Below are positions 52,531-64,000 of a stretch of 64,000 nucleotides of DNA, piece after piece (positions within the stretch are counted from its first letter, which is position 1; each line of letters begins with the position of its first letter). Origin of the DNA: Stegostoma tigrinum. Taxonomy: Eukaryota. Location: contig NC_081357.1 of assembly GCF_030684315.1 (NCBI RefSeq), forward strand, positions 91,892,788 through 91,956,787, read 5' to 3'. A program made the translations under genes and the position numbers. The notes under the pieces are model-generated. The model did not search any database and was not told the origin of the DNA. It saw only the letters and a program-made list of their open reading frames with translations.

Positions 52531-53430
52531 CTTTTATTGTACTTAAGCAGCTTGTACATTGCTATTAAGTAGATAGTAACTAGAATTTGAGCTAACAATG
52601 ATGAAAGGAATATACATTCAAGTTTGAGTAATGTGTGTCTTTGAAGGCAAACTTGGAGGCAATAGTGTTCACAAGCATCTGCCCGTGTCCTTCTAAATGG
52701 CAGAGTTTGCAGTGAGAGGAAGGCAGAGCTAATGAGAGCCCATTGAATAGTTTTGACGGTCTGCTCTCAAGCAGTTGAAAATTCAGGCTGTTCCAGTTCA
52801 TCACTTCTTCAGGCTCTGAAGATTCAGACTGCCCCAGTTAATGTCTTCTACCTGTGAAAGTTCTGTCTGCTGCAGTGAACCTGTACTTCTAATCTCAAAG
52901 TAGAGTGCATGGAGACATCCCCAAGAGCCTTGATGAGTTTCCCCTCAGTTAGAACCTGTTACAAAGATTGGGATGTGGCTGACTACAATTCAGGTTTGTT
53001 TCCACATTGCTGTAAATACAGTGAGCCTATTTAGCAAATTATGCTACAATGCAACTTACATGTTCTGATCATTGCTGCATTCCAATTCCTTCATGGTAGG
53101 AACACAATCTCTGCAATCTCCTCTAGATTTTACAACCTTCTCAGATACCTGCATTTTTCCAATGCTAGTCTTCTGCACAGCCCTGATGCATATTGAAAAG
53201 CAGGTTTTTAGCTGCCTAGATCTGAAATACTAATTAGAAATCCAAATATATTAGTTCCCCTTTATTCATCCTGCTTGTTACTTGCTCAAAGAATTCAAAT
53301 AAATTTGTCAGACATGATTCCACTTCGTGAAACTATGCTGACTCTGCTTGATCATATTATGTATTTCTAATGCTCTGTTATTACATCCTTTATAATAAAA
53401 TCTGATATTTTCCCAACACAGTTAAGCTAC

Positions 53431-53562
53431 AGTTCTGAAGAATTATACCGGACTCAAAACATTAACTTTGTTTCTGCCACGACAGGCGCCGCCAATCCTG
53501 CTGAGTTACTCCAGCATTCTGTATTTGTTTCAGATTTTAAACATCTGCAGTATTTTGCTTTA
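53431..53562 (+). mobile_element. Penelope-like terminal fragment with decayed hammerhead
   Basis: agtt-CTGAAGA...aAAACATT-aact; catctgcagtattttgcttt tail. Confidence 0.65.
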
Positions 53563-53667
53563 TACAAATGTTTAGTCAACTAGCTTATAGTAACCTGTTT
53601 AATCCTCTGGGACTTTTTCATTACGTAAGGATTCCTGCAAGATTACTACCAGTGTATCAACTTTTGT

Positions 53668-53915
53668 AGAATCCCTACAATGTGGAAGTAGGCCATTTGG
53701 CCCATTGAGTCCACACTGACCCTCTGAAGAGCATCCTAACCTGGCCCACCCCCAACCCTACCCCTTTATTTCACACCTTAGACACAATGGGCAATTTAAC
53801 ATGGCCAATCCACTTAACCTGCACATCCTTCAACTGTGGGAGGAAACCCACACATACACAGGGGGAACATGCAAACTCCACACAGACAGTCACCCTAGGC
53901 AGGAATCAAACCCAG
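53668..53915 (-). mobile_element. HE1-type SINE lacking the head
   Basis: tagaatccctacaatgtggaag...gcaaactccacacagacagtcacc. Confidence 0.85.
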
Positions 53916-56099
53916 ACTACTCCTGCTCTTATTTCCTATACATCTATGTACTGTGAAGACTAATGCAAAATATCACAGCTATTTCCTGGTTTCCCATGAT
54001 TATTTCCCTAGCCTTGTTCTCTTAATCACCAGTGAGCATTGTTGCCTCTCTCTTACTTTTTATAGGTTAGCCTAAGCTCTTACTGACCATTTTTGTGTTC
54101 CTTGTTAGTTTGCCCTCATTTTTTGATTGTCTTTTGTTTGCGTTTTAAAACTTTCCCAATCAGCTGATGTACCACTAATCTTTGCCATGTTGTATGTTTT
54201 TCTTCCAATTTGACACTGTCTTTAACTTCCCTGGTTAACCATGGTCAGTTTATCCCCTTCCTAGAATCTTTCTTTCATACTGGGGTTTATGTTTGCTGCA
54301 AGTAATGAACCCTTTTTTCAAACATCTGCCATTTTTCCTCAACCACATTTTCTATTAATTTCCTTTCCTAGACCACTCCAGCTAATTCTACACTGTTTGG
54401 AAAAGAATTTCCTATATTTGCTACTGTTTAAATCTTCTTTCTGGTTCTGGTACCAATTTGTTGTGACGAACTTTCAGTACCAACTTACTACTACCGAATT
54501 TTAATGTCCACTTTCTGCCACAGAGATGCCATGTGGTTTTCTATATGTTAGACTATATGTTAGTCTATATGTGTAACATGTATCACAGAAACTGCATTCA
54601 TATTAAGACAGATGTCTTGAAGTTTATCTGCAATGCTGACTGTGCATGTTAACATAAAGTCACAGGGTTAGATACGCAGTCTGACTACTATGCTTACATT
54701 GATTACTGTTATGCTAAATATATGAGTGATTGACTGAACAAACCAAAACAAAACAAAGAACTGTGGATGCTGAAGAACTGAAACAAAAACTCAGCAGGCC
54801 TGAAAGCAGCAAATCCAATGAACTCAATATCGAAATATATTGAAACCTGAATGCTTCCTTCTATGTCGTTTTACTCACCCCTATAGTGAGTGCAATAATT
54901 TTACAACCTGAACACCTCCTTCTGTATCCTTTACCCAATTTGCATCCCAGGCCCTGTTGTGACAGAGCAGTGGACCAATTTTCACATACATGCGCTCTAC
55001 ATCATCAGTGTTTCTTTCTCCCTGGCATATTAACTCTACGCCTTTGTCAGGCTAATTGTTGTTCTCCCTCTCTGGACTCCCTTATCATAGTTACTATCAG
55101 TTTTGAAGAAGGACCACTGACATTACAAATGCTGTCAGATCAGCATAACAAACAATCCAGAATGAGTCAGACTCACTGTTGTAAATAAGATGGAGATCTT
55201 AGAACATCACATGCCATGGTGTCACCAAGCTGAGTTAAAGGTACAGTGCCTGATGAGATCTATGCAACGATCATATGATACTTCTGGGCTTGTTTTTAAC
55301 CCAAGAGCAGCAACATCAGCCGAACTGATATTTGCTTAAAGCACTGCTGGGAGCAACATCCCTGTATACTTCAAATGGTCTTGGATCAATGCAGATTGAA
55401 GGAGAACTGTGAACAAAACTGATATGTTATTCTTGATGACAGATTGCACTTTAAATGGGATTACATTTCCTGGTTCTGATAGGTACATTGTATAAAGTGA
55501 TAAACATTCAAGGTCTTTAAAGCCTCTTTGGGAACCAAAGCACCTCTGTAATTGTTTCCATCCCCGGCAGCATCTATTGCTAGACAGGTCATTTATAGAG
55601 GTGATTTTATTTTCGCAGAGACTTGATTTAGTAAAGTGGCAGTGTTGATGTATGGTCCACCTTCTGGCTTTGCTCATACTAACCAGTCAACAATAGCGAA
55701 CCTTTAAAGAATAACTTCTCCTGTACACAGGCAGTGGAGATGACATTAATAGTTGCCATCACTCGCTGGTGAGATTTCATAAAGTTATAGAACGATAACA
55801 GCACAGAGGCAGGATGTTTAGCCCTTCATGCCTGTTCTGGCTCTTTAACAGAATGATCCAATTAATCCCCCTCCCTGATTTTTCTTCCTACTTCTGTAAA
55901 TTTGTTGCCTTCAAGCATTTACAGAATTCTGTTTGGAAAGTTACCAATGTATCCACTTACACTACTTTTTCAGGAACAGCGCTTCAGATCACGAGAACCT
56001 ATAGAGCAAATGATTCTTTCCTCGTTTCATCTCTCACTTTTTTTGCCAATCTCCTAAAAACCATGTCCATTGGTTACAAACCCTAATGCTATGGGAAAC

Positions 56100-56890
56100 T
56101 CCCCCTCCCATTCCTCAGATGACATGTCCATCATGGGCCTCCTGCAGTGCCACAATGATGCCACCCGAAGGTTGCAGAAACAGCAACTCATATTCCACTT
56201 GGGAACCCTGCAGCCCAATGGTATCAATGTGGACTTCATAAGCTTCAAAATCTCCCCTTCCCCCACAGCATCCCAAAACCAGCCCAGCCTGTCTCCGTGA
56301 TAATGGGAACTGCAGATGCTGGAGAATCCCAGATAATAAAATGTGAGGCTGGATGAACACAGCAGGCCCAGCGGCATCTCAGGAGCACAAAAGCTGACGT
56401 TTCAGGCCCATCCTCTCTGATGAAGTGTCTAGGCCCGAAATGTCAGCTTTTGTGCTCCTGAGATGCTGCTGGGCCTGCTGTGTTCATCCAGCCTCACATT
56501 TTATTATCCCAGCCTGTCTCCTCTTCCCTAACCTGTTCTTCCTCTCACCCATCCCTTCCTCCCACCTCAAGCCACACCTCCATCTCCTACCTACTAACCT
56601 CATCCCACCTCCTTGACCTGTCCATTTTCCCTGGGCTGACCTATCCCCTCCCTACCTCCCCAACTACACTCTCCTCTCCACCTATCTTCTTTTCTCTCCA
56701 TCTTCAGTCCGCCTCCCCCTCTCTCCCTATTTATTCCAGAACCCTCTCCCCAGCCCCCTCTCTGATGAAGGGCCTAGGCCCAAAACGTCAGCTTTTGTGC
56801 TCCTGAGATGCTGCTTGGCCTGCGGTGTTCATCCAGCTTCACACTTTGTTATCTTGGATTCTCCAGCATCTGCAGTTCCCATTATCACTA
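56100..56890 (+). mobile_element. 5'-truncated Penelope-like insertion (endonuclease C-terminus, terminal repeat, tail)
   Basis: 11-bp TSD ctatgggaaac at 56089-56099 and 56891-56901; QQLIFHLGTLQPNGINVDF; hammerhead-like 56762-56789. Confidence 0.9.
56297..56507. mobile_element. Fold-back mini Penelope-like element nested in a copy of its own family
   Basis: 14-bp TSD cccagcctgtctcc at 56283-56296 and 56508-56521; inverted arms; tail on the left arm only. Confidence 0.9.
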
Positions 56891-57571
56891 CTATGGGAAA
56901 CAGCCTTTTTTTGTTTACATTTTTAAATTATTTGTGTTTTTAGATAGCTGTATTTATTCTGTCTTTAAGCATTTGCTGCAGGTATGATCACTTGCAGCTT
57001 CTCTACATTATGCTCTCCAAATTCTGAAGTCCCCAGTTCCTATCAGCACTCGAGTCTGTGCCCTTCCTTTCGTGCACTGCCCAGGAATGACTGCAATACT
57101 CCAGTTCAGGCTTATAATCAATGTTTTACTAGCTTAGAAAATGTAGCACCCTCGTTATATAGATTTCTAGACTATGACAATATTTTTTAAAAAAGGGTTC
57201 CACTTTCATCTTTTCATCCCCCAACCCAGTAAGAGCAATTTTGTGTCTTGTTAAAAGTTTTTGAGGAGCAACAGTCAGAAAGGGAAGACCCGAGGCAGAG
57301 TGCTGTCGCTTAGAGTGAAGGATTGACCTGTCTGACGTGTCACACTCCATTTCCACGAAAAATTTCATACATTAGCCCCTTGGAAAATGGGCATAAATTA
57401 TTGTGCTTGACAATGATGAATTCAGGCATCAAGCACTGTACAAAGTCATTGAAGTCACTGTTTTCAGAGTAGCTTACAACACAACTCTACATGCCGTATC
57501 AAGTACATTTCCTGCATGTCCCTCAGACTATTTAAAGGTAACTGGTGCCTCTTAAGAAAGGATGGCACAGT

Positions 57572-57800
57572 GTGGGGTCAGTTAGCTCAGTTGGTTGCCA
57601 TGTGATCCAAAATAATGCGAACAGTACAGGTTCAATTCCTGCACTGGTTGAGATCAACTATGAAGGTGTTGCCTTCTCGATATTGCCCCTTACCAGAGGC
57701 ATGGCCACCCTCGGGTTAAACTCACCACCAGTCATCTCTCTCTAATGAGAGAGCAAACCTCTGAGACAATGGTGACCTTGCCTTTACCTTTACCTTTACA
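57572..57800 (+). mobile_element. tRNA-derived SINE (non-HE1) with (tttacc)n tail
   Basis: A box tagctcagttgg, B box ggttcaattcc, tail cctttacctttacctttac. Confidence 0.75.
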
Positions 57801-58857
57801 ATGTGGCTGCCAGGAAGAGGGAACAACTGTGAACAGAAATGACTCAAAGACCAAGTGATCATGCTCCCTAATGCAATGTTGAAATTCTTGATCTAGGAGG
57901 TGGAGAGACAAAGCTGTGTCCATGCTTCTCTCCCAGCTCCCGTTGTGTGCAACAAGGAATATCTTCAGGAAGTCCTAGTACATGAGTTATGGACATGTCA
58001 GCACGCAGTTCTGGAGGAATCATGGAATTTCCACACTCCTTTCCAATGCTTCCAGTGGAGATGGGATTCTCCCAATCCTTGACTGAGGTTACAAGACACT
58101 TGCTATCCAGCAGCCAGTTTCTGAGGAGATGGCATGAATGCAACATCAGAAGCAGTGGACTGGCATAGGCTGATAGAACCAGGAGACCAACAACAGGAAA
58201 ATAGCCTGTACGAAATGCTGCATGTGGCCCTCCCATGAAGAGAGGACCTCAATGAGTATTTGGCTTTCCACCTGTACTGTTTATAATAGATTTCTCCATT
58301 TTCTGTTCATTCACGAGTTCTCGGTCCATGCCTGTAAATTACCCCCATTCCTTTCTGTTCTAATTTTGTTTAACAATTTCTTGTCTAGGATCTTATCAAA
58401 AGTTTTCCAAAAATCCAAGTACACCACATTCATTCAAAGCAATATCATGAACAGCCAATGCTCACTTTCCTTGTTTGGAGAGCTTACTCTTTACTATTTA
58501 GCTGCCACATTACAACAGCGACTACACCTCAAAACACTTTGAAGCACTTGGGTATGTGGTAAACATAATATAAATAGTAGTTCCTCTTTCTCAATCTGAA
58601 CAGGCAGATTAACTCTCAGTGTTAAAATGCAGCTCCCAGCCAATACTATGGAACTAGCTGAGAAAAGTTAGCTCTATCATTAAGCTGGAATTATTGGAAC
58701 CTGTCCAAAAAAACTACATTTTGTTTTATATGTTACCTTGAAGTTACAGAACAGAAACTGGCCATTCCGCTCAAAGGACCCATTCTGGTCATCGCGCTGC
58801 ACACAAGCCTCCTCATTTTTTTCTGCACCCAACTGATCAACATACATTTTCTGAAAA

Positions 58858-59490
58858 AAGAATCATGTATGGGATATGGGCATTGTTGGCTAGGCCAGCA
58901 ATTATTGTCCTTAAGAAAATGGTTTTGAACTATCTTCCTGAACCACAATCCATCTGGTACAAACACAGCAACAATGCTTGTTAAAAGGGGAGTTCCAGAA
59001 CTTTGACCCAGTGACAGTGAAGGAATGGTGATATATTTACAAATCAGGATGGTGAGTGACTTGTAGGGGAACTTACAGGTGGTGGTTTCCCCATGTATCT
59101 GCTGCCCTTGTCCTTCTATGCAGTGTTGATTGCAGGTTTAGAAGGTGCTAGGTATGGAGCTTTGGTGAGTTGCTACAGTATAGCTTGTAGATGGTACACA
59201 CTAACTGTATTGAGGGAGTAATGATGGGATATCAGTCAAGTGGACTGTCTTGTCTTTGATGGAATCAAGCGTCTTGAGTGTTGTTGGAGGTGCATTCATC
59301 CAGGCAAGTGGGGAATATTCCATCACAATCCTGACTTGTGTCTTGTAGATAGTTGATAGACATTGGAGTGTTAGGAGGTGAGGTTCACATCCAGAATTCT
59401 GATCCTCAGAACTGGACTTGTAGCCATAGTATTTACATGGCTCTCATGTCTAATTTTTGGTCAATAGCAAGCTGTGGGATATTGAAGATC
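58858..59490 (-). mobile_element. CR1/L2-group LINE 3' end (family distinct from HER1); related bits at 20530-20630, 46850-47010, 49290-49480 (+), 52600-52720
   Basis: Minus strand ..YKTQVRIVMEYSPLAWMNAPPTTLKTLDSI-like frame and shared 3' terminus. Confidence 0.75.
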
Positions 59491-60747
59491 GGTGAGCTTT
59501 CTGTTTGATTCTTGATGTATTCCACTAACTTCAATTTTATTGTGGCTCCTTGAGGCCACAAATGGTCAAATGTCGCCTTCAATTCCTCTATAATCGGATT
59601 ATGGCTACTTTCCACTATGTTGCTCATCCTCAACATTGCAATGGAATGACTAACCACATCTTCAGATGTTCACTAAATGAGCTAACTGGACTCTTAATCA
59701 CCACAATGTAGATTTGCTACTATAATCCCCCATTAGCTTAAAATCAATTGCTTTGTTTAGTGTGATAGAGGAAAATCAGTATGTCGTCTAATCAGGAAAG
59801 ACTGTTGTCTTAAACCAAATATAATTTATTGCATGATAAGAATCAGACACAACTTGTTTTGATCATGGACATGGCTACTAAGACTATGAGGAAACTTAAA
59901 TGCTAACACAATCTCTTTAGAGATCCTGAGCGGTTCTACCTTTTCCCCACTCTAGACTTTCTGACAGCATCAGATTGGATGGAGCATAGTGCAATCTTCA
60001 GCATTAACCCTTTCAATATTGTTCCCTTTTACAACAGTCAATAGGCCTTCTGTAGCTATAAGTGCATAAGCATTCTTATCAAAATAGAAGTTACTTTCAA
60101 AATATTTTTCATTTAAGTTGTGGAAACAATGAAATTGTTTTTTGCAATGAACTTGCTAACTCGTGATTAAATTCTGAATTGACTGCAAAACTTTAAAAAT
60201 ATTCAAAGGGTATGCTCCTCAGTAAATTGAGATAATTGCATGGTATAGTTGCTGCTTGTTACCTTCAATTGACAACATCAACAATGTACTAAGAATTCGT
60301 GCACTTCATCATAGTTACAAAACACTCATCCAGCAAACACAAGTATCTTCCCAGTGGAGAGATATTCGCTCAGTTCCCATTCAGTTTTGCTTTGTAAAGG
60401 CTCCTTGATATCAGACTCTGTCAAACAGTAGATCAACGTTAAGCCAGTCACATCCACTTCCCTTCTGAAATTTAGCTCTTTCTCCTGAATAGGTGCTGCT
60501 TGATAGCTCTGATAAAGACATTTTCCATCACTGTGGAGTGATCAAGAGGTAGTTGGCCAGCTGGATTTGTCCTGCTTTTTGTGAACATAAGGTATCTGAG
60601 CAATTTTACACGTTAACAGATAGATGCTAATGTTACCACTATACCAAGACTGCCTCTTATGAAAACAGCTAATTCTGGGACTAGGTCTTAAGTACTATTG
60701 CTGAAATGTTGTCAGGTCCCATAGTCCTTGCACCATCCAAGGCCTTT

Positions 60748-61548
60748 AAGATGGTAATGCAATAAGATGCTCCTGCCGGAGATCCTCTGCTCAACCTGTT
60801 TTCATTTCTTTCTTTTTCATTTTTTCCCTCTCTTATTCTCGTTTTCTTTTCCTCTCCCCTTAGTCCCAGAGGTGAATCCTGGACCAGCGGCAGGCACAGG
60901 CTGCAAGCTCCAAAGTTGTGGGCTACTAGCCCCAGAGCAGTGTGGGCAACATGTTCCAGAGTCGTGGGCTACGAGCCCCAGAGCAGCGTGGGCGGCTTGT
61001 TCCAGAGTCGTGGGCTGTGAGCCCCAGAGCAGCGCTGGCAGCATGTTCCAGAGTCGTGGGCCGCGAGCCCCAGAGCAGCGCGGGCAGCAAGTCCAAGAGC
61101 AGCATGAGAGGACCGAGTCCCAGACAGAGACCGGAGCGGGGAAGGCAGTCCTAGAGCTTACTTTGGTGCAGCTGACTGCCAATACAGAGCCGTCTGGAGG
61201 CTGGGGGCAGAGTGGGGATGGCTGTTGGACTGGGGTCTAGTGCGGGCGGTCAGACCACATGCAGAGGCACTGCACTGAGCTGCTACACTGGAATGTTTAT
61301 TTGAATTTGTTTTTAACCTGACGGTAAAGTCAATGCTTTAATGATGTCTTATTTCTAACTTATTTTTTAAATTCTGTAAAGTAATGCAACAACATTTCAT
61401 TTCTCTTTTGTATCCAAGATTTGTACCTAGGTACTTGTACCTAAGATAGTGTCGTAAGAGGCAGACATTGTAAAAGCTTTTCACTGTACTTTGACAGTAG
61501 AGTATATGTGACAATAAAGGATATTCTACTTTAAATATTCTAAATATT
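60748..61548 (+). mobile_element. Non-autonomous retroposon with Rex1-like 3' end and internal minisatellite
   Basis: Starts aagatgg; ends ttttcactgtac..tgtgacaataaa plus (tattcta)-like tail; splits the older LINE. Confidence 0.5.
60903..61095 (+). repeat. 46-bp GC-rich minisatellite, ~4 copies
   Basis: gccccagagcag recurs at 60929, 60975, 61021 and 61067. Confidence 0.93.
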
Positions 61549-61882
61549 CAGTTGTTTCTTGATATCACGTGGTGTGAATCAAATTGGCTGAAGACTGCTA
61601 TCTGTGGTGCTGGAGCCCTCTGGAGATGGCTGAGACGGATCATCCGCCGTTTGAACTCAGGAATATTTCTATAAAACAGAAATGACATTTAGTTTGGAAT
61701 AAGATAAAGGATTAAACTGATGCTGAAATTTTTTCTGGACAAGAATGTTGAATGAATATTTGACATTTGACAATTGTCCAGCAATCCAGCTGCTCAGGAG
61801 ATTGAATTTTATGCCAGATGATGCTTGAGGCAGAATGGAATGGTAACTGAGTAACTGTTGAAATACTCAACAAATGTTACAG

Positions 61883-61985
61883 AAAAACAAACTCCTACAG
61901 ATGCTGAAAATCTGAAATAATAACAGAAAATACTAAAATTTCACAGCAGGTCTGGCATCAGCGGTGGAGAGAGAAACAGAACGCC
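61883..61985 (-). mobile_element. Penelope-like terminal fragment
   Basis: cagatgctgaaaatctgaaataataacagaaaa..cagcaggtctggcatca. Confidence 0.6.
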
Positions 61986-62904
61986 CATTCTTTAGAGTTA
62001 TGTCAGGATTGTCTTTTAACCTCACTCAGCAAAGCTGTTTGTTTGAATGCATAATTTGACCATGTGTAAGAAGACAGTAGAATGTGCTAGTACAAATATA
62101 ACAAATTGTTCTATGATAGTTTGAGAAAGGAATAGACCTGTCAGACTAGGGAGCTGGTATTTGACCAGCTCTAAGCTCAGTTATTGATAGGTAACACATA
62201 GAATCAAAAATTGAGATGTTGACTAACTAATTTTAAAGCATGCATCATGAGATTTGTGAAGCTGGTCATGAGGAAACAACCCATGGGTATGAAGCAACAT
62301 AAAGGTAGGCTTCTCTTCACAATTTGAAGAATGAATTTGATTTACTGTTGGGCACTTTGTATTAAAGAGAACCTCCCCAAGACAAGGAGATCTCATCAAC
62401 GGTGAACACCATGTCCACCCCCTGTTAAAGGGTACAAATCATACGGTTTGGAAGGACTCCAGTGCAGTAGACAGTGAGAAGAATGGTTGGTAGCTCAAGG
62501 AGTCTTTGAAAAGAAGCAATATACCGAGAAGAAAAAGGGTTGTTTGCATGTGCCACCCAAGAAGGCTGACCTGATTAAGCACCCACTTGTCACATCTGTA
62601 AGATTAGCTGCAAAATTAGTGTGTCATATCCCATCTTAAACTGTGATTCAACACAGGAAACTAATAGTATTTCTTGCAGCCAGTCTTGTGTTTCAAAATG
62701 AAAACATCGCTCATACAATTCTGTCTGAAGATTATCAAAAACATTTCACCCTTGCCTCACAGCTGACCTGTTTTGAGCTGCTGGATCTGTTCAGAGCTTA
62801 CCCCCATTTAGCACAGTTGTCGTGTCTCACAACATGATGGAGGACAAACCCTGATTAAAGATGGGCAAGGACTGTTGACTGGATCTGTCTGCCAAGGTTG
62901 TCAT

Positions 62905-63985
62905 TGGCAGATACATCAATCATTGTGGACGACGACGTCAGCCAAGCCAACCTCAAGAGGGTGCTGCCAAAGTGCCACCAACACATCTCCTGCTCCACCA
63001 GAGGGTAAGACATTTAGGACCACTGCTACACATCAAAGACACCCACCACTCCTTCGCCCCGCCCACACTTCGGAAAATCAGACCACAGTGCTGTGTTCCT
63101 CCTCCCAGCTTACAAGCAGAAGCTTAAACAGGGGGACCCTTCACAAAAGGAAGTACAATGCTGGTCTGAAGCTGTGGAAGACTATCTCTGGAACTGCTTG
63201 GGATCAATAAACTGGATTGTGTTCAAATGCTCAGAGGAACACTTAACAAGAATGCCACCACCGTTGCAGACTCCATTAGCAAATGAGTGGAGGTCTGTGT
63301 ACAAAAGAAGTCACTCCGAGTGTTCCCCAACCATAAACCTTGAATGAATCAGGAAATCAAGTCAGACGACCCAGACCTATACAGGAAATCCAGATATGAC
63401 CTCCGCAAAGTCATCAGGGATGCCAAGAGGCAATGCCGGACAATTTAGAAGATCAAACCAATAAGCAAAATCCCATTGCCTATGGCAAGGCCTAAATGAC
63501 ATTACGGGATACAAAATGAAGCAGAGCATGATAGGCAAACAAAGATGCATCCCTCCCTGATTCGCTCAAGTCTCTATGCTCGGTTCGGGCAGAATGACAG
63601 CGGCATGGCGGCACTTGACTCAACAGCCCCAGATGCACCTGGGTCCACTATCAGAAGTCAACTTGGTCTTCTTGGGAGTTAGCCTAGGAAAGCATTGGGC
63701 CCCAATGGTGTCCCCGTCAAACACTCAGATCCTGTGTGGACCAACTGGTGGAGGTATTCACCAACATCTTCAACCTCTCCCTATTATAAACCAAAGTCCC
63801 CAGTTGCTTCAAGAAGACCACCGTCATCCACATGCTCAAGAAAAGACATGCAGTGTGCCTAATGACCACCAATCAGTGGTTCTGACCTCAACAATCATGA
63901 AGTGATTCAAGAGGCTGACCATGGCCCACATCAGTTCCAGTCTCCCATCCTGCCTCAATCCCCTACTATTTGCCTACAGGTCCAA
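62905..63985 (+). mobile_element. Rex1/Babar-type LINE fragment (endonuclease C-terminus to RT start), pseudogenised
   Basis: QANLKRVLPK..DHCYT..PRPHFGKSDHSAVFLLPAYKQKLK; CVDQLVEVFTNIFNLSL; ND..SVVLTSTIMK. Confidence 0.88.
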
Positions 63986-64000
63986 AGCAAAAGCAAAATC

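Larger units (their letters stand above)
53270..54420 (-). mobile_element. Decayed CR1 ORF2 fragment with nested SINE and Penelope-like piece
   Basis: gaattcaaataaatttgtcagacatgatt..atgctgact (QHGF..TNL.EF, reverse); linker similar to 41930-42060. Confidence 0.7.
55788..57200 (-). mobile_element. Decayed CR1 3' fragment hosting a Penelope-like insertion
   Basis: acagcacagaggcaggatgtttagccc tail; continues after the TSD at 56901. Confidence 0.55.
60340..61650 (-). mobile_element. RT N-terminal fragment of a CR1/L2-group LINE, interrupted
   Basis: Reverse frame GPDNISAIVLKT..PELA and VHKKQDKSSWPT motifs at 60540-60730. Confidence 0.6.

Noticed and set aside
54879-54953. 75-nt minus-strand ag/gtgagt-bounded open segment
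   Set aside because: Lies between Penelope-like terminal pieces, has a weak acceptor and an unrecognisable peptide
13117-57660. A/B-box heads as tRNA genes
   Set aside because: No complete cloverleaf; each head is attached to a SINE body and tail
57860-58240. Possible Harbinger transposase relic or 122-aa ORF
   Set aside because: Only a faint resemblance; no DDE motif could be established
60903-61095. 46-bp periodic repeat as a CRISPR array
   Set aside because: Whole units are repeated with no unique spacers; no cas genes; eukaryotic context

Overview
Eukaryotic, repeat-dense non-genic or intronic DNA, most likely from a shark. This rests on HE1-type tRNA-derived SINEs, HER1/CR1 LINEs and SacSINE1-like Deu-SINEs. 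Almost every ORF in the track is transposon debris or noise. Content: many decayed CR1 LINE fragments on both strands, including one young internally deleted copy with a 491-aa open RT frame; about seven HE1 SINEs; Gypsy gag/protease/LTR relics; two Harbinger-type Myb/SANT relics; a Rex1/Babar fragment; and a 46-bp minisatellite. The most striking system is a set of Penelope-like (Neptune-type GIY-YIG) insertions. Their termini carry minimal hammerhead-ribozyme motifs (CTGAnGA-stem-GAAACGTH). They are integrated as fold-back palindromes of 0.13 to 2.1 kb with 10-17 bp target-site duplications, a fixed ~35-nt one-sided tail, and 5' breakpoints clustered just upstream of the ribozyme core. A few candidate host exons were seen but I could not assign them to a gene. 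Coordinates of decayed repeats are approximate, and family names come from recall rather than a database search.
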